DNA from: Candidatus Nomurabacteria bacterium
Lineage (GTDB): Bacteria; Patescibacteriota; Minisyncoccia; Phycocordibacterales; UBA9973
Length of the DNA: 64,000 nucleotides
Reading direction: 5' to 3'
Assembly (NCBI GenBank): GCA_023267215.1
Contig: JAHFNS010000002.1
Location: 128,892-192,891, forward strand
This document shows positions 26,239 through 36,302 of this stretch, piece after piece (positions within the stretch are counted from its first letter, which is position 1; each line of letters begins with the position of its first letter). Below the pieces are notes generated by a model. It was not told the origin of the DNA. It made no database searches and was given only the letters and a program-made list of their open reading frames with translations. The position numbers and the translations under genes are program-made.

Positions 26239-26878
26239 TGTTATTTTTGCCTCTTAATAAACGAATCCCTAAATACGAAAGTGGAGTATAAAGAAAACCC
26301 ATAAATATTTTATAGGTCCACCATGGAATAATAATCAACAAGATAGTTTTTACGGGTAAGATACCAAGATAAGCAATAAACATAAAAATAGCAGAGTCAA
26401 AAAATTCTGACCAAATATTGGACAAATTTGAACGTAGCCAGAATTTCTTTTCACCTATACGTTTCTTTAAAAAGAAAAAAGAAAAAACATCCTGATATTG
26501 ACCAATAGCGAAAGCGACAAGTGAAGCTATAGAAAAACGAACTGAAAGTCCAAAAATCTGATTATACCCTTCTTTTACCCAAAGACCTTCATAAGCCCAA
26601 GGCATCACATTAGAGACCAAAGAATACAACAAAAATAAAGCAATACTTACAACACCAGCAAAAACAAAATTATTTGCCATTTTCTTTCCATACACTTCCC
26701 CAATGATATCCGTCATACAAAACACAATAGGAAAAGAAAAAACTGCCACAGAAAGATGTGTACCAAAAAGAAAAGGCATCAATTTTATTCCTAAAGTATT
26801 CGCAGCAAAAAGAGAACTTATGTAAAGCGTTAAACAGATAAGAATTTTCTTGTAATCCCTTTCAGTTAGTGTTTGCAT
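26204..26878 (-). CDS. YhhQ/Vut_1-family membrane protein (queuosine precursor transporter family)
   Basis: 6-TM protein; SFPIVFCMTDIIGEVYG and WLRSNLSNIWSEFFDSAIFMFIAYLG blocks resemble YhhQ. Confidence 0.6.
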   Translation of the reverse strand: MQTLTERDYKKILICLTLYISSLFAANTLGIKLMPFLFGTHLSVAVFSFPIVFCMTDIIGEVYGKKMANNFVFAGVVSIALFLLYSLVSNVMPWAYEGLWVKEGYNQIFGLSVRFSIASLVAFAIGQYQDVFSFFFLKKRIGEKKFWLRSNLSNIWSEFFDSAIFMFIAYLGILPVKTILLIIIPWWTYKIFMGFLYTPLSYLGIRLLRGKNNNENYSNQNQNI

Positions 26879-26914
26879 TATAATTTTTACTAGAACCTAT
26901 CAACTAGAACCTAA

Positions 26915-27337
26915 TTAAATTACATCTATACCCATACTTCGAGCAGATCCAGCAATAATATTTATAGCCCCTTCGTCATCTTTTGCATTTAAATCTTTCA
27001 TTTTTTTCTTTGCTATCTCTAGCGCCTGAGCGCGAGTGATCTTTCCAGCTTTAGTAGTGATATTTTTACCTGATCCTTTCTCTACACCAGCAGCTTTCAA
27101 AATAAGCCCTGTAGCTGGAGGAGTCTTTACAACGAAATCATAACTTCTATCTTCATAAACAGTGATATTAACAGACACCTTGTCTCCCGCCATTTTAGAA
27201 GTAGCAGCATTAAATTTAGTGACAAAATCTCCAATATTTATCCCTGCTTGACCAAGTGCAGGTCCAAGCGGTGGAGCAGGAGTTGCTTTTGCTGCTTCTA
27301 TTTGTAATTTTATTTTTTTTGTTATTTTTTTTGCCAT
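26915..27337 (-). CDS. rplK: 50S ribosomal protein L11
   Basis: [16 protein letters not shown] signature. Confidence 0.9.
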   Translation of the reverse strand: MAKKITKKIKLQIEAAKATPAPPLGPALGQAGINIGDFVTKFNAATSKMAGDKVSVNITVYEDRSYDFVVKTPPATGLILKAAGVEKGSGKNITTKAGKITRAQALEIAKKKMKDLNAKDDEGAINIIAGSARSMGIDVI

Positions 27338-27393
27338 AATTTTATTTATTCTTTCCTTTATAACTTTTTAAACCTTATGAACTTTATATTAAT

Positions 27394-27939
27394 CTATGTT
27401 TTCTTAACTTGCAAGAAATCAAGTTCGACTGGAGTCTCACGACCAAACATTGACACAAGTACTTTTATTTTACCACGTTCTTGATCTATTGAATTTACTT
27501 TTCCCTCTAGATCCTTAAATGGGCCATCAACAATTCGAACTGTCTCATCTATTGCAAGATCGATATTGTGTTTAGCCACTCCGGTATCCATTTTCTTAAA
27601 CAGATATTCTACTTCTTCGTTTTTTAATGGAACCGGATTTACTCCAGCGCCAACGAACCCAGTGACTCTCGGAGTATTGCGAACAACGTACCAAGAATCA
27701 TCTGTAACAATCATATCAACTAAAACATAACCAGGATAAATCTTTTCTTCCACTTCTACTCGTTTCCCTCCTTTTATTTTTATCTTTTTTTCAATTGGCA
27801 CTATAACATTAAAAATTTTCTCATTCATACCCAATGAATCAATACGCTGTTTTAGATTACGTAAAACTACGTTTTCATATCCAGCATAAGTATGAATAGC
27901 ATACCAATTTCTTACTCCCTCTGTTTCTTGTTTAGACAT
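27394..27939 (-). CDS. nusG: Transcription termination/antitermination factor NusG
   Basis: NGN domain (WYAIHTYAGYENVV) and C-terminal KOW (GPFKDLEGKV). Confidence 0.9.
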   Translation of the reverse strand: MSKQETEGVRNWYAIHTYAGYENVVLRNLKQRIDSLGMNEKIFNVIVPIEKKIKIKGGKRVEVEEKIYPGYVLVDMIVTDDSWYVVRNTPRVTGFVGAGVNPVPLKNEEVEYLFKKMDTGVAKHNIDLAIDETVRIVDGPFKDLEGKVNSIDQERGKIKVLVSMFGRETPVELDFLQVKKT

Positions 27940-27943
27940 TGTT

Positions 27944-28129
27944 TTAGAAAGAAATTATTTTTTGCAAACCTTGTAAGAAAATGAAATCAAAAATACCTAA
28001 AAGATAAGCTATCAAGACAGAAAGAATGACTACTATTAATGTATAAAAAAGAGTCTGATTTTTAGTAGGCCAAATTACGTGTTTTAACTCTATTTTTGTT
28101 TCTTTAAAATATTCAATAATTTTTGACAT
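27944..28129 (-). CDS. secE: Preprotein translocase subunit SecE
   Basis: 61-aa single-TM protein, with VIWPTKNQTL followed by a TM helix; immediately upstream of nusG. Confidence 0.75.
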   Translation of the reverse strand: MSKIIEYFKETKIELKHVIWPTKNQTLFYTLIVVILSVLIAYLLGIFDFIFLQGLQKIISF

Positions 28130-28149
28130 ATTTTTATTTTCTAAATCTT

Positions 28150-28175
28150 TTAAAAAAGCCCCTTTTCAAGGGCTC
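28150..28175 (-). terminator. Terminator-like hairpin downstream of the SIMPL gene / upstream of secE
   Basis: AGCCCC-TTTTCAA-GGGCT with a T-run on the minus strand. Confidence 0.45.
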
Positions 28176-28228
28176 TTTTATATTACTCTTTTATTCCAAA
28201 ATAGTCAAATTCAAATTGATGAAATTTT

Positions 28229-29065
28229 TTATCTTATTTCATAAGTAATAGAGACATCTGAGGTTATGGTATTTTCTCCTTTTGGCAATAAGGCTTGAGC
28301 AGCTGAACCAGAAGCACTATCCATCATGACTGCCTTGGCAGAATACATTGGTGTAGGGTAATTTCCTCCCTCATTAAAAGAGGTTATTTTACCTAAGTGA
28401 ATTCCTAAATCTTTTGCCAAAACTTCTGCTTTGGATTTTGCATCATCAATTGCTTTTTTGCGAGCCTGTGCTTTTAACCCATCTTCGTTATCAATCGCGA
28501 AATTAGGACCACTTAGATCAGAAACACCTAATGTTCCAAGTCCTTGCATTATTTTCCCTACATCATCAGTATTTCTAACTTTCACAGTTATACTTTCTGA
28601 TGCAGTATATCCAGTGATTACTTGTTTACTAGGAGGACAATAATAAGCCGAGGAAGTACTTATAGTGGTTCCTGCTGTACCAGCACCCATAGGAATAGGC
28701 GGACAAACTGCTTGTTTATATTCGTATTTTGGATAAAAAGAAGCATTAGCTGTCTTTATATCTTTTTCAAGAACACCATCTGTCTTTAAAAGATCTAGGG
28801 AACTTTTTTCAATTCCTGCAACGAGAATTTGCGCTTCCTTTACAGTTTTAGCATCTTTGCTAATAGAAAAATAAACATTGGCAATATCAGGTACTGCATT
28901 TACTTCTCCATGCCCAGAAAAAGTTATATTATTTTCTGGTTTATTATTCTCGCTACGAATAGATTCAGTCAAAAGACTAACACCAACAGCTATCAAAAAA
29001 ACAACAAGAAAAATTCTTAAACCTTTATACAATCTCATTTTTTGTTCTGGTAATATATTTATCAT
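28229..29065 (-). CDS. SIMPL-domain (DUF541/YggE-like) membrane-anchored protein
   Basis: N-terminal signal anchor, then a domain with a YxxxxSISxD / ITSDVSITYEI pattern typical of SIMPL proteins. Confidence 0.55.
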   Translation of the reverse strand: MINILPEQKMRLYKGLRIFLVVFLIAVGVSLLTESIRSENNKPENNITFSGHGEVNAVPDIANVYFSISKDAKTVKEAQILVAGIEKSSLDLLKTDGVLEKDIKTANASFYPKYEYKQAVCPPIPMGAGTAGTTISTSSAYYCPPSKQVITGYTASESITVKVRNTDDVGKIMQGLGTLGVSDLSGPNFAIDNEDGLKAQARKKAIDDAKSKAEVLAKDLGIHLGKITSFNEGGNYPTPMYSAKAVMMDSASGSAAQALLPKGENTITSDVSITYEIR

Positions 29066-29070
29066 AAAAA

Positions 29071-29508
29071 TTATTTTTCTTTAATTCCTAATAATTCGAC
29101 TTCAAAATTAATAGTGGCATTTGCAGGTATAACTCCAGGAACTCCGGTCGGCCCATAAGCATCTTCTGGAGGTATTTTAAGAAACTTCTTTTCACCTATT
29201 TTCATTCCGACTATTCCTTTATCCCAACCAGGGATAACTTGTTGTGCTCCCAAGGTAAATTCAAACGGTTTTACGTGATTAAATTTTGGATCAACATTAG
29301 AATCAAATGGAGTACCATCTTCTAACGTGCCTGTGTAATTCATAGAAACAGTGTCACCTATTTTAGCAATTTTTTCTTCTGGCATTGTATTCTTATTATT
29401 AATTGTAATAAAAACTAAAACTCCTATAACAACGATTACTATTAAAAACCACCAAATAATATTTTTTTTCATGAGTTCTAAAAAATTTAATGTTTGATAA
29501 TAGAACAA
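29071..29508 (-). CDS. FKBP-type peptidyl-prolyl cis-trans isomerase (membrane anchored)
   Basis: GDTVSMNYTGTLEDGTPFDS...FEFTLGAQQVIPGWDKGIVGMKIGEKK FKBP core. Confidence 0.8.
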   Translation of the reverse strand: MFYYQTLNFLELMKKNIIWWFLIVIVVIGVLVFITINNKNTMPEEKIAKIGDTVSMNYTGTLEDGTPFDSNVDPKFNHVKPFEFTLGAQQVIPGWDKGIVGMKIGEKKFLKIPPEDAYGPTGVPGVIPANATINFEVELLGIKEK

Positions 29509-29526
29509 TTATACACCCAAGGAACA

Positions 29527-30540
29527 CTAAATCAAATTGACTTCTCTTTCTAGTTTCAAGCCAAATTTATCTTCAACAGAGTTTATAACTTGTAGAGAAA
29601 AATTCTCTATTTCTTTTCCCGTTGCTCCGCCATAGTTTACGAGTATTAATGCTTGTTTTTCGTGCATACCGACATTGCCGACTCTCTTCCCCTTCCATCC
29701 ACATTGCTCTATAAGCCAACCAGCTGGAATTTTAATAAGATCATCTTCTTTAAAATAAGGAATATCGGGGTATCTTTTCTGTAAATCTTCTAATTTTTCT
29801 TCAGTGATAAAAATATTTTTAAAGAAACTTCCTGTATTTCCTAAAACTTTTGGATTTGGTAATTTACTCTGACGTATAAAAACAATGGCATCACTTATAT
29901 CTCTAGAACTTTTTATTTCAATTTTATTTTCTGTTAAATATTCTTGCAAAACTTTATAATTAATATTTTTTTTCTCTTTTCTGCTTAATTTCACAGTTAT
30001 GGCAGAAATAAAATATTTTCCTTTTAATTTATTTTTAAAAATACTTTCTCGATAACCAAATTCACATTCTTTATTTGAAAAAACTTTTTTTTCTCCCGTT
30101 TCAATATTATAAGCTTCAACATTTTCTAATGTATCTTTTAATTCAGCTCCATACGCTCCTATATTCTGCATCGGCGATGCTCCAACTGTTCCTGGGATAA
30201 AAGATAAATTCTCAAGACCCCAAAATCCTTGGTTAACTGAGAAAAGTACTAAATCATGCCATTTTTCTCCTCCCATAGATCTCACTAAAACAAAATCAGA
30301 ATTATTTTCTATGATTTCAATCCCCTTTAATTTATTAAAAATAACAATACCGTCAAAATCTTTTGTAAATAAAACATTACTTCCCCCACCAAAAAATAAT
30401 TTTTGATTGTTTTTAAATTCAACAGACGTTAAGAGTTCTTTTAAATCTGTCTCTTTGTTTATTTCAACAAAAAATTTTGCATGCACGGTTATTCCGAAAG
30501 TATTCAATCTGGTTAAATTATAATTTTTGGAAATTTTCAT
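29527..30540 (-). CDS. murB: UDP-N-acetylenolpyruvoylglucosamine reductase
   Basis: FAD-binding N-terminal domain (FFGGGSNVLF) and GAYGAE motif; MurB C-terminal domain. Confidence 0.8.
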   Translation of the reverse strand: MKISKNYNLTRLNTFGITVHAKFFVEINKETDLKELLTSVEFKNNQKLFFGGGSNVLFTKDFDGIVIFNKLKGIEIIENNSDFVLVRSMGGEKWHDLVLFSVNQGFWGLENLSFIPGTVGASPMQNIGAYGAELKDTLENVEAYNIETGEKKVFSNKECEFGYRESIFKNKLKGKYFISAITVKLSRKEKKNINYKVLQEYLTENKIEIKSSRDISDAIVFIRQSKLPNPKVLGNTGSFFKNIFITEEKLEDLQKRYPDIPYFKEDDLIKIPAGWLIEQCGWKGKRVGNVGMHEKQALILVNYGGATGKEIENFSLQVINSVEDKFGLKLEREVNLI

Positions 30541-30550
30541 CTTATATTGA

Positions 30551-31924
30551 TTAACTAAAAAGAAAAATTATTGTACCAATACTCACGATAAATAACAAAA
30601 AAACTGTAAACCAACCTAGGGCATTGGTGCTTTTTTTATTTTTGAAATTTCCCATTATCTCTTCACTTGCACTTATTTTCACAATAAAATACAAGATCAC
30701 AGGTGAAATGATGCCATTGAAAACAGCTGAATAAATAAGGGTTTTTATAGGGTCAAGGCCAATAAAATTCAAGATTATACCTAAAATCATCGCTACGATT
30801 ATCACTCCATAAAAAGAAGAAGCTTGTTTCAATTTTCTATAAAGTCCAGACTTCCAATTAAAAGTTTCAGATAAAGCGTAAGAAGCTGATCCTGCAAGTA
30901 TTGGGATAGCTAAAAGCCCAACACCTAAAATTCCAATTGCAAATAATATAAATGCAAAGTTTCCAGCAAAAGGTTTTAAGGCAAGTGCTGCATCAGCTGC
31001 TGTACCTATGTTTGTAATTCCATTTTGAAATAAAGTTGCCGCACAAGTCGCTATTATGAAAAACATAATAAGATTGGAAAACAACATTCCGGACCAACTA
31101 TCTATTCTCATTTTATGAATATCTTCCACGGTATTGAGAGCTCGCCTTGATTCTTCTGTCTTTTCTCCTTTCAATATTTGTTCTTCCACTTCCTGACTCG
31201 TCTGCCAGAAAAACAAATAAGGACTTATGGTTGTACCGAAAGCGGCACAGATTAAAATTATTTCCTCTTTTGAAAAAGTGATTGTCGGAATAACTAAATG
31301 TTTAAAGACATCTCCCCAATTGATCTGTACTGAAAAAGCAGAAAACACATAAGCAAATAAAACTAAGGCCAAATATTTTAAATATTTTGAATATTTTTTA
31401 TATGAAACAAATATTTGTAGAGCCAAGGAAAGAATAGCAAAGCCAAAAATTAAAAAAGCAAAACTCACATATGGGAAAATAAGTTGAGTGCCTTTAGCCA
31501 TTGCTCCCAAGTCTGCTCCGATGTTGAAGACATTTGCAAAAAGTAAGAGCACCGTACAAAAATATAAAAGTTTTTTTGAAAAATGCCTTTTGATGTTCGT
31601 TGCGAGACCAACGCCTGTCGTGAGCCCAATACGAGCACACATTTCTTGAATGACACCCATTAAAGGAAAAGAAAAAAGAGAAAGCCAAATCAAATTAAAA
31701 CCTCTGGACGCTCCCATTTGTGAATATGTGGCAATACCCGAAGGGTCATCATCCGCAGCGCCAGTCGTGAGACCAGGACCTAAAGTTTTCCAATATTCTT
31801 TCGCTTCTTTAATCGGTTGCTCGTTTTCTATGTCGTGCTTTATTTCTCGCTCTAATTCTACGCTTTTTTCCAAGACTTCTGCTGGGGCACTAAATATTTT
31901 TTCCAAAAGGCTTTTCTTTGACAT
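30551..31924 (-). CDS. NRAMP-family divalent metal (Mn/Fe) transporter
   Basis: GPGLTTGAADDDPSGIATYSQMGASRGFNLIW...MGVIQEMCARIGLTTG matches the Nramp consensus; about 11 TM. Confidence 0.75.
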   Translation of the reverse strand: MSKKSLLEKIFSAPAEVLEKSVELEREIKHDIENEQPIKEAKEYWKTLGPGLTTGAADDDPSGIATYSQMGASRGFNLIWLSLFSFPLMGVIQEMCARIGLTTGVGLATNIKRHFSKKLLYFCTVLLLFANVFNIGADLGAMAKGTQLIFPYVSFAFLIFGFAILSLALQIFVSYKKYSKYLKYLALVLFAYVFSAFSVQINWGDVFKHLVIPTITFSKEEIILICAAFGTTISPYLFFWQTSQEVEEQILKGEKTEESRRALNTVEDIHKMRIDSWSGMLFSNLIMFFIIATCAATLFQNGITNIGTAADAALALKPFAGNFAFILFAIGILGVGLLAIPILAGSASYALSETFNWKSGLYRKLKQASSFYGVIIVAMILGIILNFIGLDPIKTLIYSAVFNGIISPVILYFIVKISASEEIMGNFKNKKSTNALGWFTVFLLFIVSIGTIIFLFS

Positions 31925-32000
31925 ATATTATAAGGTCATTGTAGCTTATAAAATACAAAAATAAAAGGCTCAAAGGATAAAAATTCCTCTGAGCCAAAAA

Positions 32001-32711
32001 CTATTCCATATTATTTCCCATCCACGGTATCACGACATGATGAGGGTTTCGCGTACAATTGAAGATATTATCACCCATGGACGCAAGATTGTATCTACTT
32101 ATTTCAAAATTACCATAATCATAATTATGAATTATTATTATGAAATATCCACAATCATATTTAGAAATAAAAGACATAATAGCTGGGCAATTACTATTGA
32201 CTATTTTTTGAGGGATTTTCCCCGAGTTTTTTTTCAAAAAGTTTTCTATCTCTCTTTCGGACAAACAAAGACTGTCTAAATCAGAAGAAACAGAAAGAAA
32301 TATTTCGGTATAAGTCCTGTCGGAACATAGCTCATACCTTTCTACTGTGATCGGATTATTTCTAGTCACAACATCATTACCTTCTTTCCATTGTTCTTTA
32401 ATATCAAAACAACGATCTTCATTTCCCCTAAATTGCCCTATATTGTGAGAAATTTCAGTCAATGATTTTTCTTCTTCAGAACCATCTATAACAATTGGTT
32501 CTTCTTTGATTAGTCGTAGAATTTTTTGTGACTTAAGTCTCTGGATTGCATTTTTTGCCATGAAATCGATGAACCCAGAATCCAGAATGGCATTTGATGA
32601 AATTTGATCATTACCATTATAAAACTTCACTCTTTCTCTAAAATCAGAAAAAAACTGTTGGCAAAAACCTATCTCAGATATTATACTTTTTATTCTTAAA
32701 TCTCGTGACAT
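32001..32711 (-). CDS. Hypothetical protein
   Basis: 236-aa ORF with a strong AAGGAGGTG SD; no recognisable motifs. Confidence 0.5.
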   Translation of the reverse strand: MSRDLRIKSIISEIGFCQQFFSDFRERVKFYNGNDQISSNAILDSGFIDFMAKNAIQRLKSQKILRLIKEEPIVIDGSEEEKSLTEISHNIGQFRGNEDRCFDIKEQWKEGNDVVTRNNPITVERYELCSDRTYTEIFLSVSSDLDSLCLSEREIENFLKKNSGKIPQKIVNSNCPAIMSFISKYDCGYFIIIIHNYDYGNFEISRYNLASMGDNIFNCTRNPHHVVIPWMGNNME

Positions 32712-32875
32712 GAGCCACCTCCTTTTTTAATGAACACTCATCACCCCCTACGTTTTTTCAGAGGCACCAAGATATTCTCTTTAGAGATTACATTGGATAT
32801 CGTGCAGTGTCAATAGCAACCGGTAATGTGTACACTCCTTCCCCATATACGCCATGGCTGATATGAGGGAATTTA

Positions 32876-32900
32876 ACAGGCAAGGCCTGTTTATTTTTTA
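32876..32900 (+). terminator. Plus-strand-oriented hairpin and T-run in the 186-nt gap (possible end of a small + strand transcript)
   Basis: ACAGGC-AAG-GCCTGT followed by TTATTTTTT. The orientation is wrong for terminating the flanking minus-strand genes. Confidence 0.35.
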
Positions 32901-33473
32901 CTCTCGAAGCACAAGGATAGAACCATCATTATTTAATTTGATTAGTTTGGAAGCTTTTGCTTCAATCTCCCCTCCGTCTATATAAAGATCCACTTTCTCA
33001 CCAAAGTATTTTTTCGCTTCTTCAATATTTTTAGCCGGAGGCAACGCCTCCGTATTTGCAGAAGGAGCAATAAGTGGGCCAGTTTTTAAAAGAAGATTTC
33101 TAAGTGATTTGGGAAAAGGCAATCTGAAAGCAAAAGGATCCAAAACAACACTTACTGGACCTGGCCAATAATTTTCTAAAATTTTCTTTTTTTCTTCTGA
33201 TAAAATAATTTCAAATTTTTCGAGTTCTTTAATATCCCCAATCAAAATAATACACGGTTTATTTGAATTTCTTTTTTTTATTTCATAAATCCTTTCTACT
33301 GTATTTTCTTCCAAAGCTTTCCCCACTATTCCATAAATAGTATCCGTCGGCATGACAACCACTCCATCTTTTTTTAATACTTTTATCAAATTTTGATTAT
33401 TCCAAATATTTTCTTGCATATTATTTAAATTTAAAATTCCTATGACCATTATCTTTGCTAGAAATTTGAACAA
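32898..33473 (-). CDS. tsaC: L-threonylcarbamoyladenylate synthase (YrdC/Sua5 family)
   Basis: VVMPTDTIYGIVG motif and YrdC fold length; overlaps the tsaE 3' end. Confidence 0.75.
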   Translation of the reverse strand: MFKFLAKIMVIGILNLNNMQENIWNNQNLIKVLKKDGVVVMPTDTIYGIVGKALEENTVERIYEIKKRNSNKPCIILIGDIKELEKFEIILSEEKKKILENYWPGPVSVVLDPFAFRLPFPKSLRNLLLKTGPLIAPSANTEALPPAKNIEEAKKYFGEKVDLYIDGGEIEAKASKLIKLNNDGSILVLRE

Positions 33474-33888
33474 ATTTAGAATGTTTCGGCATAGCCTTTG
33501 AAATATTTTCTGGCCATTCGATAAAAACTAAATGCTCGTCGTTACCTATAATTTCTTCCCAACCTAAATGTAATAATTCCTTTTCACTTTCTAGACGATA
33601 CGCATCTATGTGAAAGAAAAATTTATAATTAGACCCCCTCGCCCTTTGGGCACTCCCCCGACGCCTCGCGAGAGAGTACTTTTTCATAATGACATAAGTC
33701 GGGCTAAAGACTCTCTCTTTTATTCCCAGATGTTTAGTAACTAATTTTGTGAAAGCTGTTTTGCCAGCACCTAAGTCTCCAGAAAGACCAACAACCAAAG
33801 CACCTTTGTGCTTTTTCTTGCCTTTCAATATCTTATCCAAAAATGTTTTCGCAATCTTTTCAGTTTCTTTTATATTTTTTGAAAGCAT
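33421..33888 (-). CDS. tsaE: tRNA t6A biosynthesis ATPase TsaE (YjeE)
   Basis: LSGDLGAGKT Walker A, SPTY and HIDAYRL motifs. Contains an in-frame GC-rich insert (33633..33680). Confidence 0.7.
   Translation of the reverse strand: MLSKNIKETEKIAKTFLDKILKGKKKHKGALVVGLSGDLGAGKTAFTKLVTKHLGIKERVFSPTYVIMKKYSLARRRGSAQRARGSNYKFFFHIDAYRLESEKELLHLGWEEIIGNDEHLVFIEWPENISKAMPKHSKFVQISSKDNGHRNFKFK
33633..33680. repeat. GC-rich palindromic in-frame insert within tsaE
   Basis: ACCCCCTCGCCCTTTGGGCACTCCCCCGACGCCTCGCGAGAGAGTAC encodes SLARRRGSAQRARGSNYK between the conserved SPTY and HIDAYRL blocks; contains the CTCGCGAG palindrome. Confidence 0.45.
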
Positions 33889-33903
33889 CTTTATGTATTA
33901 AAA

Positions 33904-34869
33904 TTATAAAATCCAATTAAATAAATACCCAGTAAAAATAATACCAACTCCAACGATACTTGCAAATATCAAAATAAGCTTTGTTTTCATTACTTTTTTT
34001 AGAATCATAAACTCTGGCAGGGATAATGCTGTGACGGCCATCATAAAAGAAAGTGTCGTCCCTATAGCCACGCCTTTTTCTGTTAAAGCACTGACAAGAG
34101 GAATGATACCAGCAGCATTAGAATAAAGAGGGATACCGATGATTACAGCAAGGGGTACGGCATACCATTTATCTGCACTTGCATATTGTGCCAAGAAATC
34201 TGTCGGTATATAGCCATGGATCCATGCTCCGACTCCTATTCCAATTACAACAAACAACCAAACTCTATCTAAAATATCCAAAGTATAATTTTTCGCATAA
34301 ACAATTCTCTCTCTATTGGACATTCTAGAAAAACCATCACCTCCATTTATTTTATTTTCATAAACAAAAGATTCTACTAGATTTTCTACTTTCATTTTAC
34401 CAATAATAATTCCAGCAAAAAAAGAAATAAAGAGTCCGCTTATTATATATATGAATGCAATTTTGAAGCCAAACATTCCTAAAAGTAAGACAAGGGCTAC
34501 TTCATTTATCATAGGTGAGGCAACCAAAAAAGAAAAAGTTGTACCCAATGGAACTCCAGCTTGTATAAAACCTAAAAATAATGGTATAGCCGAACAAGAA
34601 CAAAAAGGAGTGATAATGCCAAGCAAAGAAGCTAAAACGTTTCCTATATATTTATTTTTATGCGACAAAATTGCTCGAATTCTTTCTGGTGGTAAATATG
34701 ATCTAATTATTGAAACAACAAAAATAATAACCGAAAGTAAAATAAATATTTTTATAGTGTCATAGATAAAAAAATTAACCGTATTCGCCGGTAGTGTTTC
34801 AGGAATGAAATTTAAAACTTTATAAGTAAGCCAATCTGCCAATAATTGTATAGGGTAAAAAATGTTCAT
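33904..34869 (-). CDS. DUF318/ArsP-like permease
   Basis: Polytopic membrane protein with an ITPFCSCSAIP motif typical of the predicted-permease (ArsP-like) family. Confidence 0.5.
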   Translation of the reverse strand: MNIFYPIQLLADWLTYKVLNFIPETLPANTVNFFIYDTIKIFILLSVIIFVVSIIRSYLPPERIRAILSHKNKYIGNVLASLLGIITPFCSCSAIPLFLGFIQAGVPLGTTFSFLVASPMINEVALVLLLGMFGFKIAFIYIISGLFISFFAGIIIGKMKVENLVESFVYENKINGGDGFSRMSNRERIVYAKNYTLDILDRVWLFVVIGIGVGAWIHGYIPTDFLAQYASADKWYAVPLAVIIGIPLYSNAAGIIPLVSALTEKGVAIGTTLSFMMAVTALSLPEFMILKKVMKTKLILIFASIVGVGIIFTGYLFNWIL

Positions 34870-34988
34870 AATTGGGTGCCTATTCGGTTATGCTCCGAAT
34901 CTGAGGGTTCCACAAACCCTAGTGCTGCTATTACACCATAGGCACCATGTAATGCTAGTTATAACATACTTTCTTTATTTTTTAAAAT

Positions 34989-35600
34989 TTACTTATAGTC
35001 TGGGCTTTCCTCCGTTATACCTGCCCTAAAATTAGATAATCTAGCAAAAGCGTATAAAACGCTTGAGAGACGATTGAGATAAGCCTTGGTAGATGCTTTT
35101 ATTTCTACTTTCCCTTCCTTGTCCTTCGAAACCTCGGCAGAGTAAGAATCAGCTACTGCAATCACTCTCCTCTCTGCCCTGCGAGAAATAGTACGAGCAA
35201 CATCAAAGAGCGAAGCAAGTTCTGTCCCCCCAGAAATGAAAAATGATTTTATAGGTGGAAGTTCTTTTTCTATGGTATCAACTATATTTTCTATTTCTTT
35301 TAATTTTTCCTCATCAATAGACATCGAAGCCCCTGCAAGCTCTGCTTGAATGATAAATAAATTTTTCTGAATATCATGAACTATTTCATCAACTGCCAAG
35401 GCCTCGCCTTTTTGAGGACTTAAGGCAAGGCCTTTTAAATCTAATTTTTCTTTTTTTGCTTTCACTTTGCAAAGCCCGAGAAAAGAATTTATTTCATCTA
35501 AAGAACCAAGTGCTTCAGCAATAATAGAACTTTTTGAGATGCGTTGATCACAACTAAATGTTTTTGTTGTTCCATTGTCCCCTTTTCTTGTATAAAGCAT
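34989..35600 (-). CDS. ATP:cob(I)alamin adenosyltransferase, PduO type
   Basis: N-terminal LYTRKGDNGTT...AEALGSLDEINSFLG signature of PduO/MMAB-type adenosyltransferases. Confidence 0.7.
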   Translation of the reverse strand: MLYTRKGDNGTTKTFSCDQRISKSSIIAEALGSLDEINSFLGLCKVKAKKEKLDLKGLALSPQKGEALAVDEIVHDIQKNLFIIQAELAGASMSIDEEKLKEIENIVDTIEKELPPIKSFFISGGTELASLFDVARTISRRAERRVIAVADSYSAEVSKDKEGKVEIKASTKAYLNRLSSVLYAFARLSNFRAGITEESPDYK

Positions 35601-35608
35601 ATTTTTAT

Positions 35609-36283
35609 CTAACGTTTTATAATTAATTCCTCTTCCAGAGTTTCTTTTTTTAAATTTTCTACAATTTTTTCTGCCACAAATTCTGGTTCCATATAATTTT
35701 TATAATCTACTGGTTTTGTTTTCCCAAAAAAATCTGTTTGCATGCCTGCTGGATATGCTGCAATTACAGAAATATTTTCCATACTTAAAGTCTTGCGAAG
35801 CAATTCTGTAAACCCTCGTACTGCCCACTTGCTCGATGAATAAATAGAAGAAAGAGGGCTCGGATCAAAAGCTCTTGAGGAAATTATATTTAAGATAGTT
35901 CCAAATTTTTGTTTCTTCATATATTTAATTACTGAACGAGAACCAAAAAAAGTTCCAAAAAAATTAACCTCCATAACCTCATGTGCTAAAACAGAATCAA
36001 TTTCTTCAATAGACACATGCTCCATACCAATACCAGCATTATTAATCCAAATATCTATTCTGCCAAATTGAGTAACTACTTTTTCTGCCAAACTTTGTAA
36101 TTCATTCTCTTTCGTCACATCTACCTTTATTCCTAAAATACCTTCCTCTAAATTTATGAATTCACTTTCATCTCGTGAGCAGACAATAACTTTCGAACCC
36201 TCTTTTAAAAAACAAGAAGCCATAGCTTTCCCTAAGCCCTTTGACCCTCCTGTAATAACTACTATTTTATCTTTTAGTTGCAT
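35609..36283 (-). CDS. Short-chain dehydrogenase/reductase (SDR)
   Basis: VVITGGSKGLGKA Rossmann motif, NNAG, and a YxxxK catalytic region. Confidence 0.8.
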   Translation of the reverse strand: MQLKDKIVVITGGSKGLGKAMASCFLKEGSKVIVCSRDESEFINLEEGILGIKVDVTKENELQSLAEKVVTQFGRIDIWINNAGIGMEHVSIEEIDSVLAHEVMEVNFFGTFFGSRSVIKYMKKQKFGTILNIISSRAFDPSPLSSIYSSSKWAVRGFTELLRKTLSMENISVIAAYPAGMQTDFFGKTKPVDYKNYMEPEFVAEKIVENLKKETLEEELIIKR

Positions 36284-36302
36284 AATTTGATTTTAGCATT
36301 TT

